A DNA stretch of 64,000 bases. Source: Zygnema circumcarinatum SAG 698-1b. Lineage: Eukaryota > Plantae > Zygnematophyceae. The stretch covers positions 1,416,689-1,480,688 of the forward strand of contig CM074809.1 of the NCBI GenBank assembly GCA_037447605.1, read 5' to 3'. Both the position numbers and the translations under genes were made by a program. Shown here one piece after another: positions 11,710 through 24,400 of the stretch. Position 1 is the first letter of the stretch. Every line of letters starts with the position of its first letter. The notes under the pieces are model-generated. The model searched no databases, was not told where the DNA came from, and worked only from the letters and a program-made list of their open reading frames with translations.

Positions 11710-14090
11710 TCAAGTTTGCATAGCATCTGTGGTAGTGGTCTTCTCAGCGTGATAAGAATCCAGTTCAGCGTCCAGCTCTTCTTGCGTCTTCTGTGGTTGT
11801 TGGGTCTTGCGCGGTGCTCTGCCTCCTCGGCCCCGACCACGGCCTCTGAAACCACTACCACCGGCACCACCTCCTCGCGATCGATATCTGCAAACCAAAA
11901 GGAGCAGCACAAAACTTCAGATCCGACAACAACTGCAGAATGGTCGGGCCATCTTGCCAGATAAAGAAATATATCCGGAGAAGATTGCTAAACAGCAGTG
12001 CAGTGTTTTAGAGACCTGCTAACCTTCAGGACAAATGCAAGAAATACAGGATGCATAGCCAAGAACTCGGATGCAGACAAACTTACCCTTGTGCCTGAAT
12101 CTGATGCTGCTGTTCATATGATGCTGCCAAGGCCGCTCTGTTCGAAGCAGGTCTGTCCATTCAAGAAAGCAAAAAAATAAACTCTGTCAGGCTTTCAGAA
12201 CACAAAATACTGTAACCAAAGGATGACAGAACAATGGAAGAGCAGCACTATTACACAAATACACAACTATCATCCAACATGCTTTGAAAACAGCGCAAAT
12301 TCTCAAGAGACGTACGTGACAGGAATCGTCCTCTTCGTAGGTAGTGGTACGACAGGACCAGCTCCCAATCTTGAAAGAGGTGCTGCGGGGGACAAATTAG
12401 TCCCAATCAATTCAATCTTCATTGGCTTTCCATCAAGCTGCACGTTATTGTATCTCCCCATTGCGGCAACGGCATCTGCCTTTCGGGCAAACACCACCTC
12501 TGCTGTACCCTGGAATTCAATCGACACGAGCACAGAATGAAGTCAGCTCAAAAAAGGTTACACATGCGACATAATTCACTTGAAAGCAGTAGATGAGCAG
12601 ACAACACCAGTAAAGCTAAGACATCTCACCTTTGATCGTCCACTCCGGTCGTAATGTACAGAACATCGTTTCAAATCTCCGATCTCTGAGAAGAGCTCCT
12701 GCAAGACAAACAACAGCAAAGATGAGAATGCAAAACAGTGTCAAAACTTCGCACAGAAGGATGCGAGACAATCGTGAAAATTTTTTCCGGGTCTGACAGC
12801 AGACGAAACCTAGAAAACGGTCCCTTACGATACACAAACCTCCATTAACATAGTTTAGATACATCTCCTTGAATAGCAATGCTATCAACATCCACATCCA
12901 TGCCGAGTACAAAACACAAAGTAGCTAGCAACAGGATAAACTCCATACCTTTACATCCTCGTTAGAAACCCCGTAATCCAAGTTGGAAACATATAGCTTA
13001 GTCCCTGTCTCAATGGCACCGACTGCAAGGGGTGTAATTGAAGCAGCTGAGGCTCCAGTAGTGTACAAATCATGCTGCCAGGCTCCGTCGGTCACCATTG
13101 GCGTTGGCTGTTGAAGTCCAGAAGCGGGAAAGAAAAAGAATCAAGTACATGAGCACAACATCAGCAACAGAGAAAAAAGGCTACCTCGTGAGGCGTTCAC
13201 GGTAATTCTTCTGTCCACATGGAACACAACAGCCAAGGAGCTGTGTTTCCCGCTATAGAGAAACACCACCACTGCAAAGAAAACATAAATGGGCAATCTC
13301 CTGCCAAAGAGTCTAGTTGCGTGTTTCTAGACGACTTCTAGTTTGCCAAACAGTCGACTTATTGAAGGATCACCCCTGGAAACCTTCTCTTGACTCCCGG
13401 TCCAATAGCAGCCAGAGCTACCAGTTGGATATATAGCCAGGGAAGTCAGCCCCTGCCTTAAACTTCCAGGCGTGATGTACACTGATGGAGAGCCCGGAAT
13501 AGGGGAAAAGATAAAGGTGGAACAAGTTGGACAGTCATCTCGAAGAAAGGCATGCAGCTCCTATCGTTCCAATTCCAAAAGCGCCATCAGCCCCTCCCTC
13601 TCCTCCTCCCAACCAAATTCTCCAACTCAGCCATCACCATGGGCTCCACTTCCGGCGAGTATAAGCCCCATAACCCAACAAGTTGCGGCTCCAACGAATC
13701 AAGTAAGCATGCTTGCAGCGTCATATTGAATAGCAGAAATGGCCTATCCAGTAAGGGCGTCAAGGCGGGTAGGTAAGAAGTGCCAACTGGCAGTCAAATA
13801 ATCCAAGAGCAGTCCTTGCTCTTCTGCAGGGCAGCAGTCGAAAACCATGTTCTTGTCAGACTGACAAGGAAATCTTAGGCAGTTGAAAAGACGCCGCTTG
13901 CCTTAGCAACGCCATATGGCGATGCACGATATGCACCACGTCCGGAGGTTCTCCTCACAGGACCTGCGCTTCGCCCTCCATAAGACCCTCCCCGGGGAGC
14001 ACGGCCTCCCCTCGCACCACCCCTGCTGGATGCTTGCTTCTTCTGCTTGATGATCTCGTCCAGCGACATGTCCAACTCAGTTGACGCCAT
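11710..14090 (-). CDS. ALY: mRNA export adaptor ALY/REF (THO complex subunit 4), 6 exons
   Basis: N-terminal MASTELDMSLDEII, RGG region, WQHDLY motif, RRM ([64 protein letters not shown]), C-terminal ELDAELDSYH. Intron 1 has a GC donor (AAG|GCAAG at 13901). Confidence 0.95.
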
Positions 14091-16143
14091 GGCTACCTCC
14101 AAAAACCTCTCCTTCACAACAGAATCGCCCTTCGACAGCTTCTGGACTTCAGCAAAGCCTGATCCCCTCACTGCCTTCCAAACCAAACCAGATTTCAAAG
14201 CACAACTGCTGCTGTGATTCCTGCGCCAAGTCCTGCGGTGGTTGTTAGCTCCTGCCGCAGTCCTCCGCCTGCCTGCTCAGCCGCCCTCTTTTCTTGCAGA
14301 GCCTCCGTCTAGCTTCGTCCCCCTTCCGCCCTAAGAGGCGACCGCAAGCCCCCCCCCCCGGTTCCATGTACTCGGTCTGAGTCCAAGATTTCCTTTTCGC
14401 TGACGCCAAAATAACGTCATGTTGACGCTTAGCAACCGGCGCAGCCGCTCAGTTGCAAACTGACTTGCGAACGGAATAAAAAAAAATATCGTCATTTTTT
14501 TGGCCAATGGGAGGCTCCAGCGTCGTTTTTTGTAACACTTTTTCCTGCCCGTCGGCGCAGGACCGCCCATCGGGCAGCTCGCCTCGGCCTTGAAGTACTC
14601 ATTCCGGGCAGGTGCTAAATTTTCAGATGGGAAATATGTACGAGTTTCCCAGCGGCATATGAAAATAGAAACCCCTCAAATTGCCCTTGTCCGGCCTCAA
14701 ACCAGTTTCTGGATTTCAGGTTTTTCCCAAAAAACTCGCGCCGCGCCGGTTGGCAAACCCGCCCCACCAACCGCCGACCCCCCGAGGGGGGCGTGCTGAC
14801 GTGGCTCGCAAGGAAACGGACGGCTGCGATCACGCATCTTCGATCGGACGGCTGCTGATATTCGCGATTGAGCCCGGTCGCCCAGTATTGAACCCGTACA
14901 TCGCAAAGGACTTCCTTCATTTTTAAAGTTGGTGCGAAATATCGGGTTTAGATATCTGACGGGGAATCGGTGACCTGCCGACTCCCAAGCGCGCGACGTG
15001 CGGGTCACGGAAGAAACGCGCCGCGTTCTATGCTAGCCTGCGACCGTTGGACGGGACGCCGTTCCGTCCCCTTTTGTTCAGCAGGACAGTCACGTGCATG
15101 CCCTGCCTCGGAGACACGGGCCTGCGCACTCCCCCCCCTGCAGCAGCAGACGGGTGAGGGCGCCACAAAAAGGGGAGCAGCTAAAAGGGAGACCAGGACC
15201 AGGACCAGGCCACAAGTTCTGCTGCACGATTGAAGTTTTTTTTGTTTTTTTGAAGCTGCCGCAATCGGCTCCCATTCGGAGGAACGGTGCAGCCCATCCT
15301 GCTGCTGCTTCCGCAACAGCAAAACAAATAGGGAGGGAGAGACAGTACGCGTGACACGGAACATTCAGCATCAAGAAGCCCGAGCAAGACCAGGGAGCAT
15401 AGGACCTCGGCAGGGTCAGACTCCAGAAATACAGTGGCGAAAAAGTCAACCACGCGCCATTGAATTCAACAAAATCGGAACAAGAAATTGACCACCGAGT
15501 CTCTGTTTCAGTACACAATGGAGCATGCTCCCCTCCTCTCCCCCCCCCCCCCCCCCCGCCCGCCCCGGGCCATTCCACTGCCCCCGCGAGCCTCTTACCC
15601 GGCTGACGTCATTGAAACCTTCCCGCCTGCTACAAAGCATCTCAAGCAACAGCACGTACAGCAGCTCACAGGGCCACGTGGCACCCTTGCAATCAAGAAC
15701 AGACACAGGCAGACGGGCAGAGGCAGCGCGGTCTGCCAGAGTGGGCCTCTCACAAGCCTCCAGATAGGATCAGCCAGCTCTGCCAGCCTGTCTGCACAGC
15801 CTTCTCTCCGTGCTCCTCCTGCCTTCCACGTCGACTGCAAGTTTGCATCTGGCGGTCCTTCACAGAACATGCACAACAAACCTCCACAGCTGTAGCAATG
15901 CAATGGCCCACAGGACAAGAGTGAGTGGATCCATTGAGGCAAATGTGAGAGGGGCCAGGCAGAGGCTCGGCCCTCCCACTTCCCCCGAAAGGATTCTAAG
16001 CACAGCCAGAGTCACCAGATGCCATAAATTGCAACTTCTTGGCAGTAGAAAGCTGCGGTGAAGGGCAGGGCCTCTCCATGGAGGCTCCACAGGAACAGCA
16101 AGCAGGAGGGCGTGCGCGGGCTGAGGGAAGGAAGGCAGCTGGC

Positions 16144-18384
16144 CTAGCGAATCTCGCCATCTTCGCCATCGAGCTCCCCGTCCTCCAAGTCCTCCGCCTC
16201 CTCATTCCACCGCTCCTTCTTTACTTTCTTCAGCTTCACATCCGCTTCATCGTCCGATGGATACTGCACACAATGGCATCGCATCGAACCGCATCAGTTG
16301 CACCACACTTCACTGGTCGGATGTCATCACTTTCTGAAAAAAACAAACTCCAATTTCGCTTCTGCTGTTGCTTCTCGACCCTGGGTTGGGATCTTTCTGC
16401 AAGGCGACGCGCGCTCCATATCTGTTTTTCTCAAGGACCTATCCGCGAGAGGACAGTCTCTCCTTAAAGCGGATGTTTCAAACTTAGTCGGAAAAACAAA
16501 GGATAGTAAAGAAACTGCAAAAAAATGAACATTACCTATGGGACTCATTGACAATTCACAGATCAAACCCCACCTTACGAGAAGTTTTTTTGTGATCACT
16601 GCTTTTCCCATGCTTTCGTGGCTTTTTTTCGCCTTCACGGTCCTCATCTTCGTCATCCTGATGACTCTTGCGACTCTTCTTCCCGTCATCAATATCTTCA
16701 TCCTCCCCTTTGCGTGCTTTCTTTGCATCCTCCTCTTCTTCCTCCTCATTTCGATGGCGTTTCCGATGCTTCCTCTCTTTATCCCGATCTTTAGCTTTTT
16801 CCTTGTCTTTTTCAGACTCCCGATATTCGTCGCCATTCTCTTTTCTGTCTTCATCCTTGGCGTCCTTCTCATTACCCTTCTCTGAAGTGTCTCTCGCAGA
16901 TCGATCTCTATTCTTGTCTCTTTTCTTCCCTTCGTCCTTCGCTTCTTCCGCCCCAACCTCCTTGTCCTTCTTCTTTTCCTTATCCTTCTTCTCATCTCGC
17001 TCCTTTTCTTTCTTCTCGTCCCGCTCCTTGTCTTTCCTCTTTTCTCTGTCTTTATCTTTCTTTTCCTTCTCTTTCTCCTTTTCTTTGTCCTTCTCCTTGT
17101 CCTTTTCTCTCTCTTTGTCCTTCACTCGGCTACCATCTTTGTCTCTCTTCTTCTCCTTGTCCTTACTCCTCTCCTCATCTCGATCCTTCTTTTTATCTTC
17201 CTCCTTATCCTTATCCTTTTTCTTGTCCTTCTCCTCATCACGCTCCCGTTTGTCCTCCTTTTTAGCCTGCAACAACACAGAGCGACAGGATGTGAAAGTA
17301 TTTCAACGACTGCTGAGTAAAGGTAGTCGAACTCAGCTATACAGGTTCACATGACAATTCGTTGATTTCTATCATCATCACATCATCAGCACTGTATCAA
17401 AAGGAGTACAACATCGGCGAGTATACACCAATGAATCGTGCCTCAAGTGACCTTACTTTAGACGAGCGATCAGTGTGATCGTCCTTGTCACGTCGTCGCT
17501 TCTTGTTCTCCTTGTCGTCCTTCTCCTTCGCCCTCTCCAAAAGGTCCTCAAAGTAAAGCTGTCCCCAAATGGCCCATCCTCCCCGCATAACCACCCCGTG
17601 CATGTCCCCCCCACAGACCACGGCCACACATCCCTCTGTTAGTTCGCTAATGGTTGACAATTTGCTTTTGTGTCCAGGATTCTCTTATCCAACCACCCTG
17701 TAGTGTGAAACTACCTGACGACCCATGACACAGGCAATCAAATAAGTATTGCGGTCGAACCACAGCCCCCCTTCACATAACTTCCATCTGCAGGCTGGAG
17801 TTACAAAGGATCACGGCATCCCACAACATCAACTAAGACGACAAAGAGACCTGCAACGGATAGGTCCGCATGGGCTCTTCTCAGCTCAGTTAGAGGCCGT
17901 TCTAAGTCAGATAATCACTCAATTGTGCAAAGATAAAAAAGAGCAGCCAGATCAAGAAGGGAGAATGTTATCGCGGTCCGGAATCAGAACACTCCTCAAC
18001 AGCAAATCTTTCAGCCATGCAACCTTCTCCAGTTGTCAGAGCGTCTGACTACATTTCCGCAACCCGACAGCCAACAAACGGGGTGAACCGGACACACGTA
18101 TCCCGGGCCAGAGGGGCGTCCTCTGCCCCTGAGCCGAGAGTATCAGCCCCCCCTGCAGCCAAGAGCTGAGTAGCCCTCAAGCAGCACCACAGGGTTGTGC
18201 AAACCTTCCCCTTCCTGACACAAACCTCTGCCGGTGCGGGTAGTCGGTGGTGCAGCCCCCCCCCCCGAGCTCCTTGACAAGCAGCCCCTTACTTTGCCTG
18301 CCAGCAGCATCAGGCCCACAGCTGCTCCAGCTGGCAATTTCTGACAGGAGGGCCCGGCAACCCGGCCGCTAGAGAGCAGGAGAG

Positions 18385-18416
<32 letters not shown>

Positions 18417-21400
18417 CAGGGGGATGGATGACAGGGCAGAGAAGCCGTGGCACACCTTCACGCTCACGTTTGGCACGCCCGTCACGTCACCTGCTTCAGC
18501 CAAGGCCGCCTGGAATTTTTCCAAAGTTGAGCTGGCCGTTACCGAAATCTGCAGAACCAGGAGTTGAAGGGTCAGTTTGAGAACCGGCTCAGTTGAAGTC
18601 TGAAGTTCGAGAAAAAGAAGAATAAGCAAAGTAAACAAATGTGCCCCCTTCGGTCCTGCGTTGCAATCTCTCACACAATCTTCACAGTGCATAGGCAAAT
18701 GTTGATGTGAGCCTTTAAGGTGTAAACATCCAAGCCACAGACAAGGGAGAAATTACTACTGCGTGACAACATTTGCATACGAATATCTACATGAGTGGGA
18801 GATACTAATGTTACAGCAGAAAGTTTGAGCTTACCTTTCCAGATCTCATCAGCTCCTTCACCTTCGACTTGTCCTCATAGTACTGCATGCACGGTCAGAG
18901 AGTGCCAGTTAAAGATTTACGGCATCAAACAAGACAAACAAAGGTATGACATCTGAATGTTACGGCAGCATCAAATTTTTGACCGGGAAGTGAAATGCGA
19001 TCAAGCTCAGGCCTCGCCATTGGTGAATGAATTCATGGAACAGCAGCTAAAAAACATTGATCAAATAAGTCTGCCAACACTGGAGTATATCCACCATGCA
19101 GATACAGAATTTGCCCAACTCACTTGCTTTTCCAACTCTTCCATCGAATCTTCAAAGAGCTCTTTCGGTGTTGAGCCCGAAACATTGGATGCCACTGCCA
19201 TATAAGCAGGCTCATCCTTCACCTGCCAGGATGCCAGCTTCCCCACGTTTCAGCAATCTGCTTGCCTTGACGAGATTCGCTGATGAGAGCAAGGCACAAG
19301 AAGGCAGTTTGCTTGCAACCCTTAAAAACGAGATAACGTTCACAGATAAATTTTCAGAAATAATGACACCAATCGCAAGTGTGCAAGTTTTCTGCGCGAA
19401 AAGGAAAAAAATGAACCACCACACATTTGAGCAACGAAGCTTAGACCAACCCACCTTGGCATGAAACGTCCGCCAACGTGTCTTTGCATTCAGCTCACCG
19501 GAAGCGATCATATCGCCCAACAGTTTGCGAAAGGCGTCACGGTTTTTGCGCTCCTTCCGGCGGACTTGCTCCTGCAACATCCGCAGTGCAGCACACATCA
19601 TTATATTACCTTACCACACACCATGAAGTACATGGACCTTCTCTCCAAGATAAACCCTCAAAGCATGGACAGCATCAAGTCAGCAATTAGTAGGAAAAGC
19701 CTGAAAATTGGCCAAAAACATAGCTCAAACTGCACAAAGGAGAAAAACATTGCGACGGAACGACTTACAACCAAGGGTGATGAATAGATCCCTAAGTTCA
19801 ACGCCAGGACAAATGAAAGCACATATGAGCAAGAAGGCAAATTAAGAAGTAACTGAAGCAATTGTCTTATTTTCTAATTAAAAAAACGTTTCCGCACCCT
19901 TCCAAGCTGCCTTTCCTCGTCCTCCTTTTTCTCCAACTCGCGAATATATTCCTGCAGCAAGAAAGCACAATACAAGCAGCACTCTTAAAGGCGAGGACAC
20001 AACAGAGCTTCTAAGGAAGAAGTTTCGTTATCCCTTCTCTCTATCCCTGCAACCGGAGGTTGGTTTGTTGGTTCGTTAGTTCGGCTCACCTGGAAGACCT
20101 CCAGTCGGTCTATCTTGTCCAGGCGGGCGCAGCGTTCATCGTCCTCCAGCCGGTCCTGCACCTTTCGCCACTGCGTGTTCACCTGCAATTCACCTCCACG
20201 ATGCGAGAAAGGGTTTGTCATTCATGCTGAGTCCAGCGAGAGGTTCTCAAACCTGGTATTTATTTTGACTAAAAAATACAACCAGCAGATAACACACAAA
20301 AAGTCGTCTCTGCTCCTTAGTTTATCTCGACACTGGAAACATCCTGCGAGGCTGTTTTTCATACTGACCGCAATTTCAGTTTTAAGAAAAAAAGACATGT
20401 ATTCAGCAAAGCATCAATAAGTTCAGCTGTTGCACCAAAGGAACATACGCCTATCAGGCATCAATGAGACAATTATTCCCATATAATAAAACGTACGCAC
20501 GCAGTATTTTGAGCTTGGCACGTAGTCATGCATTTTCCAGTCCTGCTACATCATACATTCCTGCTACATCATACATTCCTGCTACGCAATACACGAGAGA
20601 CTATTTGCTAGACGTAGGCAAACCTCATACATGGTGCCCCTCACCTTAATAAAATCGCAAGACTCGAGAAAGAGCCTGAACTCTAATTGGCTTTTCTTGC
20701 GCTGCTCCTTTGCCTTCTCCTTCTCCTGCGTGATAAGCGTTCATATCGACAAATCAACACACGAGGAATAGGCAATGCATCGTGTCACACGATTTTTTTG
20801 CAACCTCTCACGTTGTATATGCACTAAGCAGAACCTTTCAATGTAGATACAAACAGGTGGTGGTGGTTCCTGGGAAATTCGGAAGACTATCTCTCAAGGA
20901 AAGCAATATACCAGCATTTGACTTAAGCGTTTCGAGTTTTGGGTTTCCTTATAAACGATGCGGATATGTGTTCAAGCACCCATTTTCATTCACAAAGCTA
21001 TGTGTGTACGAAAGTGAGCCAAGGCCCATGCCATCCGAAGCATACCTTTCGCTCAAGGTCCACCAGATAATCCTCAAACATCTCTTCTCGCTCTCTATCC
21101 CTTTCCAGCGCCTTGAATCGTGGGTCTGATTCAAAGATAGTGACGGCTTTCCTGAAACAGAAAAAAGGTATTATGAACTCTGTTAGCTTCTGCCAACTCC
21201 AAATGCATACATGTATTCAGTTCTAGAAAATAAATATGTCGCAAAAAACAAAAGATGCTTTGGAGGAAATCAGCATAAAGGAAGCCTTCAAGGAAAACAA
21301 AGCACAAAACTTAGAAATTCTGTGATCGAGAGGAGCAGAAAACTTACGGCCATCGCATCGAAGAGCTGAGTTCCTTAGATTCCTGCAAAGTAAACAGCTG

Positions 21401-24400
21401 CTTTTCAGTAACGGGCCACATGCTCCCTTAAGACCAACACACACGTGACTGAAACATAAATCAAGCACAAAACAAAAAACATTAAATGGAGGAAAAGAAA
21501 ACAACAAAAAAAAAAATCAACGCTTTTCTCTTCACAAACTTGTGAAGAGAAACTTGTGCACAGCACGCGGACAATGAAACTTTCTTGCTCCAGTCACAAC
21601 AGGATACGAGGCTGAATTATACAAGACTGACAAAGTGCTCCAAACTGGCCGAATACAGCCAGCAAGGCCTCATAAGAACAGAATTCCAACTTGAAAGAAC
21701 TGATTGTTTACAACAACAAAAAAAACAGCATACACGAAAATGGCATCCTTGAATAGCATTAGAAGGGCCACCACTTGCATGTGAGACCGCTCAGCAATAC
21801 GAGAAATGCCAAGCGCTAGCAATCTACTGGGACTTTTCCTGAACGCCGTCATCTGGCAATAACAGGAACGTTCCTCTTCTGGCCACTCTTCTTCTCTCAG
21901 TCTCTCAAATCTCCCCTCTTTCTTTCTCCCTCTCCTTCACTCTCGCACAAACTCACACGAAACGCATGGTTCCAACAAGGTGTACATCAACTGTACCTCT
22001 AACATTTTAAGGAAGTCCTCCCGGGCCTTCTTGTATTTAAGGCGCTTCTCCTCAGCTTCAGCCTTCTTCCGCTGGGCTAAGTACTGCAGCAGGAATACCA
22101 TGCCATGAACTACAAGTAAGAGCTTGGTCTTCCAATCAAACAAATTGAGCTCTCTTCCTAGACCCGCCTGTTGCAGGAGCACAGAGATTCCAGGCCCCAC
22201 ATCCGACCGTAATTGATAAAGGACAGAAATTCTAACTTCATTTACAGGACAGCTAATAGCCAAATCAAGCAGCTGACCTCATTAAAAGCCTGCCTGCGTT
22301 CCCCCAATGTCTTCAGGGCTCCATATCGCTTATCGTGGATGATGAGTTTCATTGCCTACAGAGCAGAGCAGCACAAACAGTAAGGCAGTGCTGACAGCAC
22401 AGAACACAACGAAAGCCACAAGTTCAAAATGGCCCACTTGACAAGGGCTGAGCAAATTGTTCACGTTGATGTTTCAAACAGGGATTCTCTAGAACAATGC
22501 ATTTTCACTGTGTATCATGACTGCACATTAGGCAAGCGGCAAACGACATTACGATAACGTAGCGGCTTGTCATCTTCATCAGCCTTTCAATCGTTAACGA
22601 GCTTCATTCTCAGAAGAGAAGCAGATGTGCCTACCTGGTCCCAGGTCCAGTCTGTTCCAACGTGGACTGATTCAAGCAGCTCCTTAAAGGCCAGTTTTGC
22701 TTCCTGCAAATTCAATACATGACTGTTTGGTCAATTCCGAAGGAATTGCTAAGTACCAACCGCTTTCTCCCAAGGAAATCACCATAACAAATGGAAATAG
22801 TACAGAGCACCTAGAAAGCAGACTCAACTGAAACTTCAGCCAACATCATATCCTTGTCCTAGAAAAAGTCCGTTATAGATGTTTGTGAAAAACATGCATG
22901 CGGGAAAGCCTCGAGGAGCCCCATTTCTCCAACAACCAGAAGGGTGGACCCGCAGGAAGGGCTCAATGCCTTACCACTTTGTTGGAAAAGTTCAGCGGCT
23001 CTTCTGCAGTCGGAGCAGGTTTTGTTTCCTCAACTGGAGTGATGTTGATTTTACCCACAGAGGGCATTGACATTTTCGCTTCCTGCAGAGAAATTCATGA
23101 AATTCAAGAAAGAATGCCCGAAACATCAGGGTCAACATACGCCAATTCTAAAGCAGAATAAGATAAGACAATCAACGTACATGACCAAAGACAAATGTCA
23201 AAACATCAACTAATGGTCTAACAAGTTTCTTTGCTTGCGTTTGGAGCCATACTGGTCTCTGAACGCCATATGGACTCAAGAATAATCAGCCAAGTGCATC
23301 ATAGACGTTTCAGCATTGTCATTCAATTATCTTTGGCATGGAAAAAAAATAAAAAACTGCCCCCCATGTGCTCAATACTTCTCAAATGGTTCATCGTACA
23401 GTGGGTCCGTCACAGCCTGACAAATAGTAAATCCTTACCATATGCAACGTTTCTGTAAGAATGCAAGACTTTGGAAGTCGACCAATTTTGCTCTGTATAA
23501 GGACAAAATTTATACCTCAATGTCCTCAGCGGTGGCTTCTCCAGGCCTCGTAGAATCTGCACCAGTAAAAGGCCTGTCCAGCAAGAAATACTTTGTCAGC
23601 TTTCACTCCACAACCCACTGCATAGAAACGAGCAGATCACCTTTCCTATAGTAAGAATCAAGGGACTGGAGCACCAGTACCGAGGCTCAAATGGCCACAA
23701 CCGCCCACCATAACTGTCGAATTCATAATGAACTTTCAAACATATCCTTCTTAAGTGGAAGCTCTTCCCATACGAGCTCTTGTACTTCCATATGCACAAT
23801 AAGTTCACCATGAGAAGAGCACACCCATATGAGTGACGCCCAAAATCCAAGAAGAAAGCCCCTACTTACTGTGCCAGGCCTTCAGCTGTAGCTCCCAAGG
23901 CAGGAGCAGCAGGGGCAGCAGCTCCAATGGCAGCAGCAGCAGCCACTGCCCCCCCAACTGCTGAAGCTGCAGCAGCTGCAACTACACCAGCAGGGCCAGT
24001 TGTGCTGACAGGAACAAGCAGACCAGATGGAGGTCCCACAGCCGGTGGACCTGCTAGAGGCACCTGCCGCCCTGCCGTTGAAGCGCCCGCAGCGGACGAC
24101 TCTCCGCCCTGCGATGCCGCCCCCGCGTCGCCTGACGGAGCTGCCGCAGATGCAGGAGGCGATGGCGCAGCAGAGCCCACGGCTACTTTTGAAGCCGACT
24201 CGCGAGCTTCCTGCAATACATTCAGAGATGGGGATCAACCACACAGATGTGGCGGTTAGGTGCCGAATGTTCAAAAGCGATCACAGAAGTCTGTCAAACC
24301 AAAATCCCCTCTTACGTTGTAATATGTAATCACGCACTAGAGGACAAGTCCATACTGGTTTCTTATGCTTCTTATGACTTCCTTCAAAAGGGACCACTGC

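Noticed and set aside
14590-15000. Possible TIR element upstream of ALY
   Set aside because: Only weak end similarity (GGCAGGT..TCAGAT) and no TSD found.
15005-16100. Many overlapping ORFs between ALY and the PRP40 stop
   Set aside because: No recognisable domains or consistent exon chain. GC-rich with a poly-C run; probably 3' UTR or intergenic.
16538-17354. Plus-strand Phe/Ser/Leu-rich ORFs
   Set aside because: Antisense shadows of the charged PRP40 exon.
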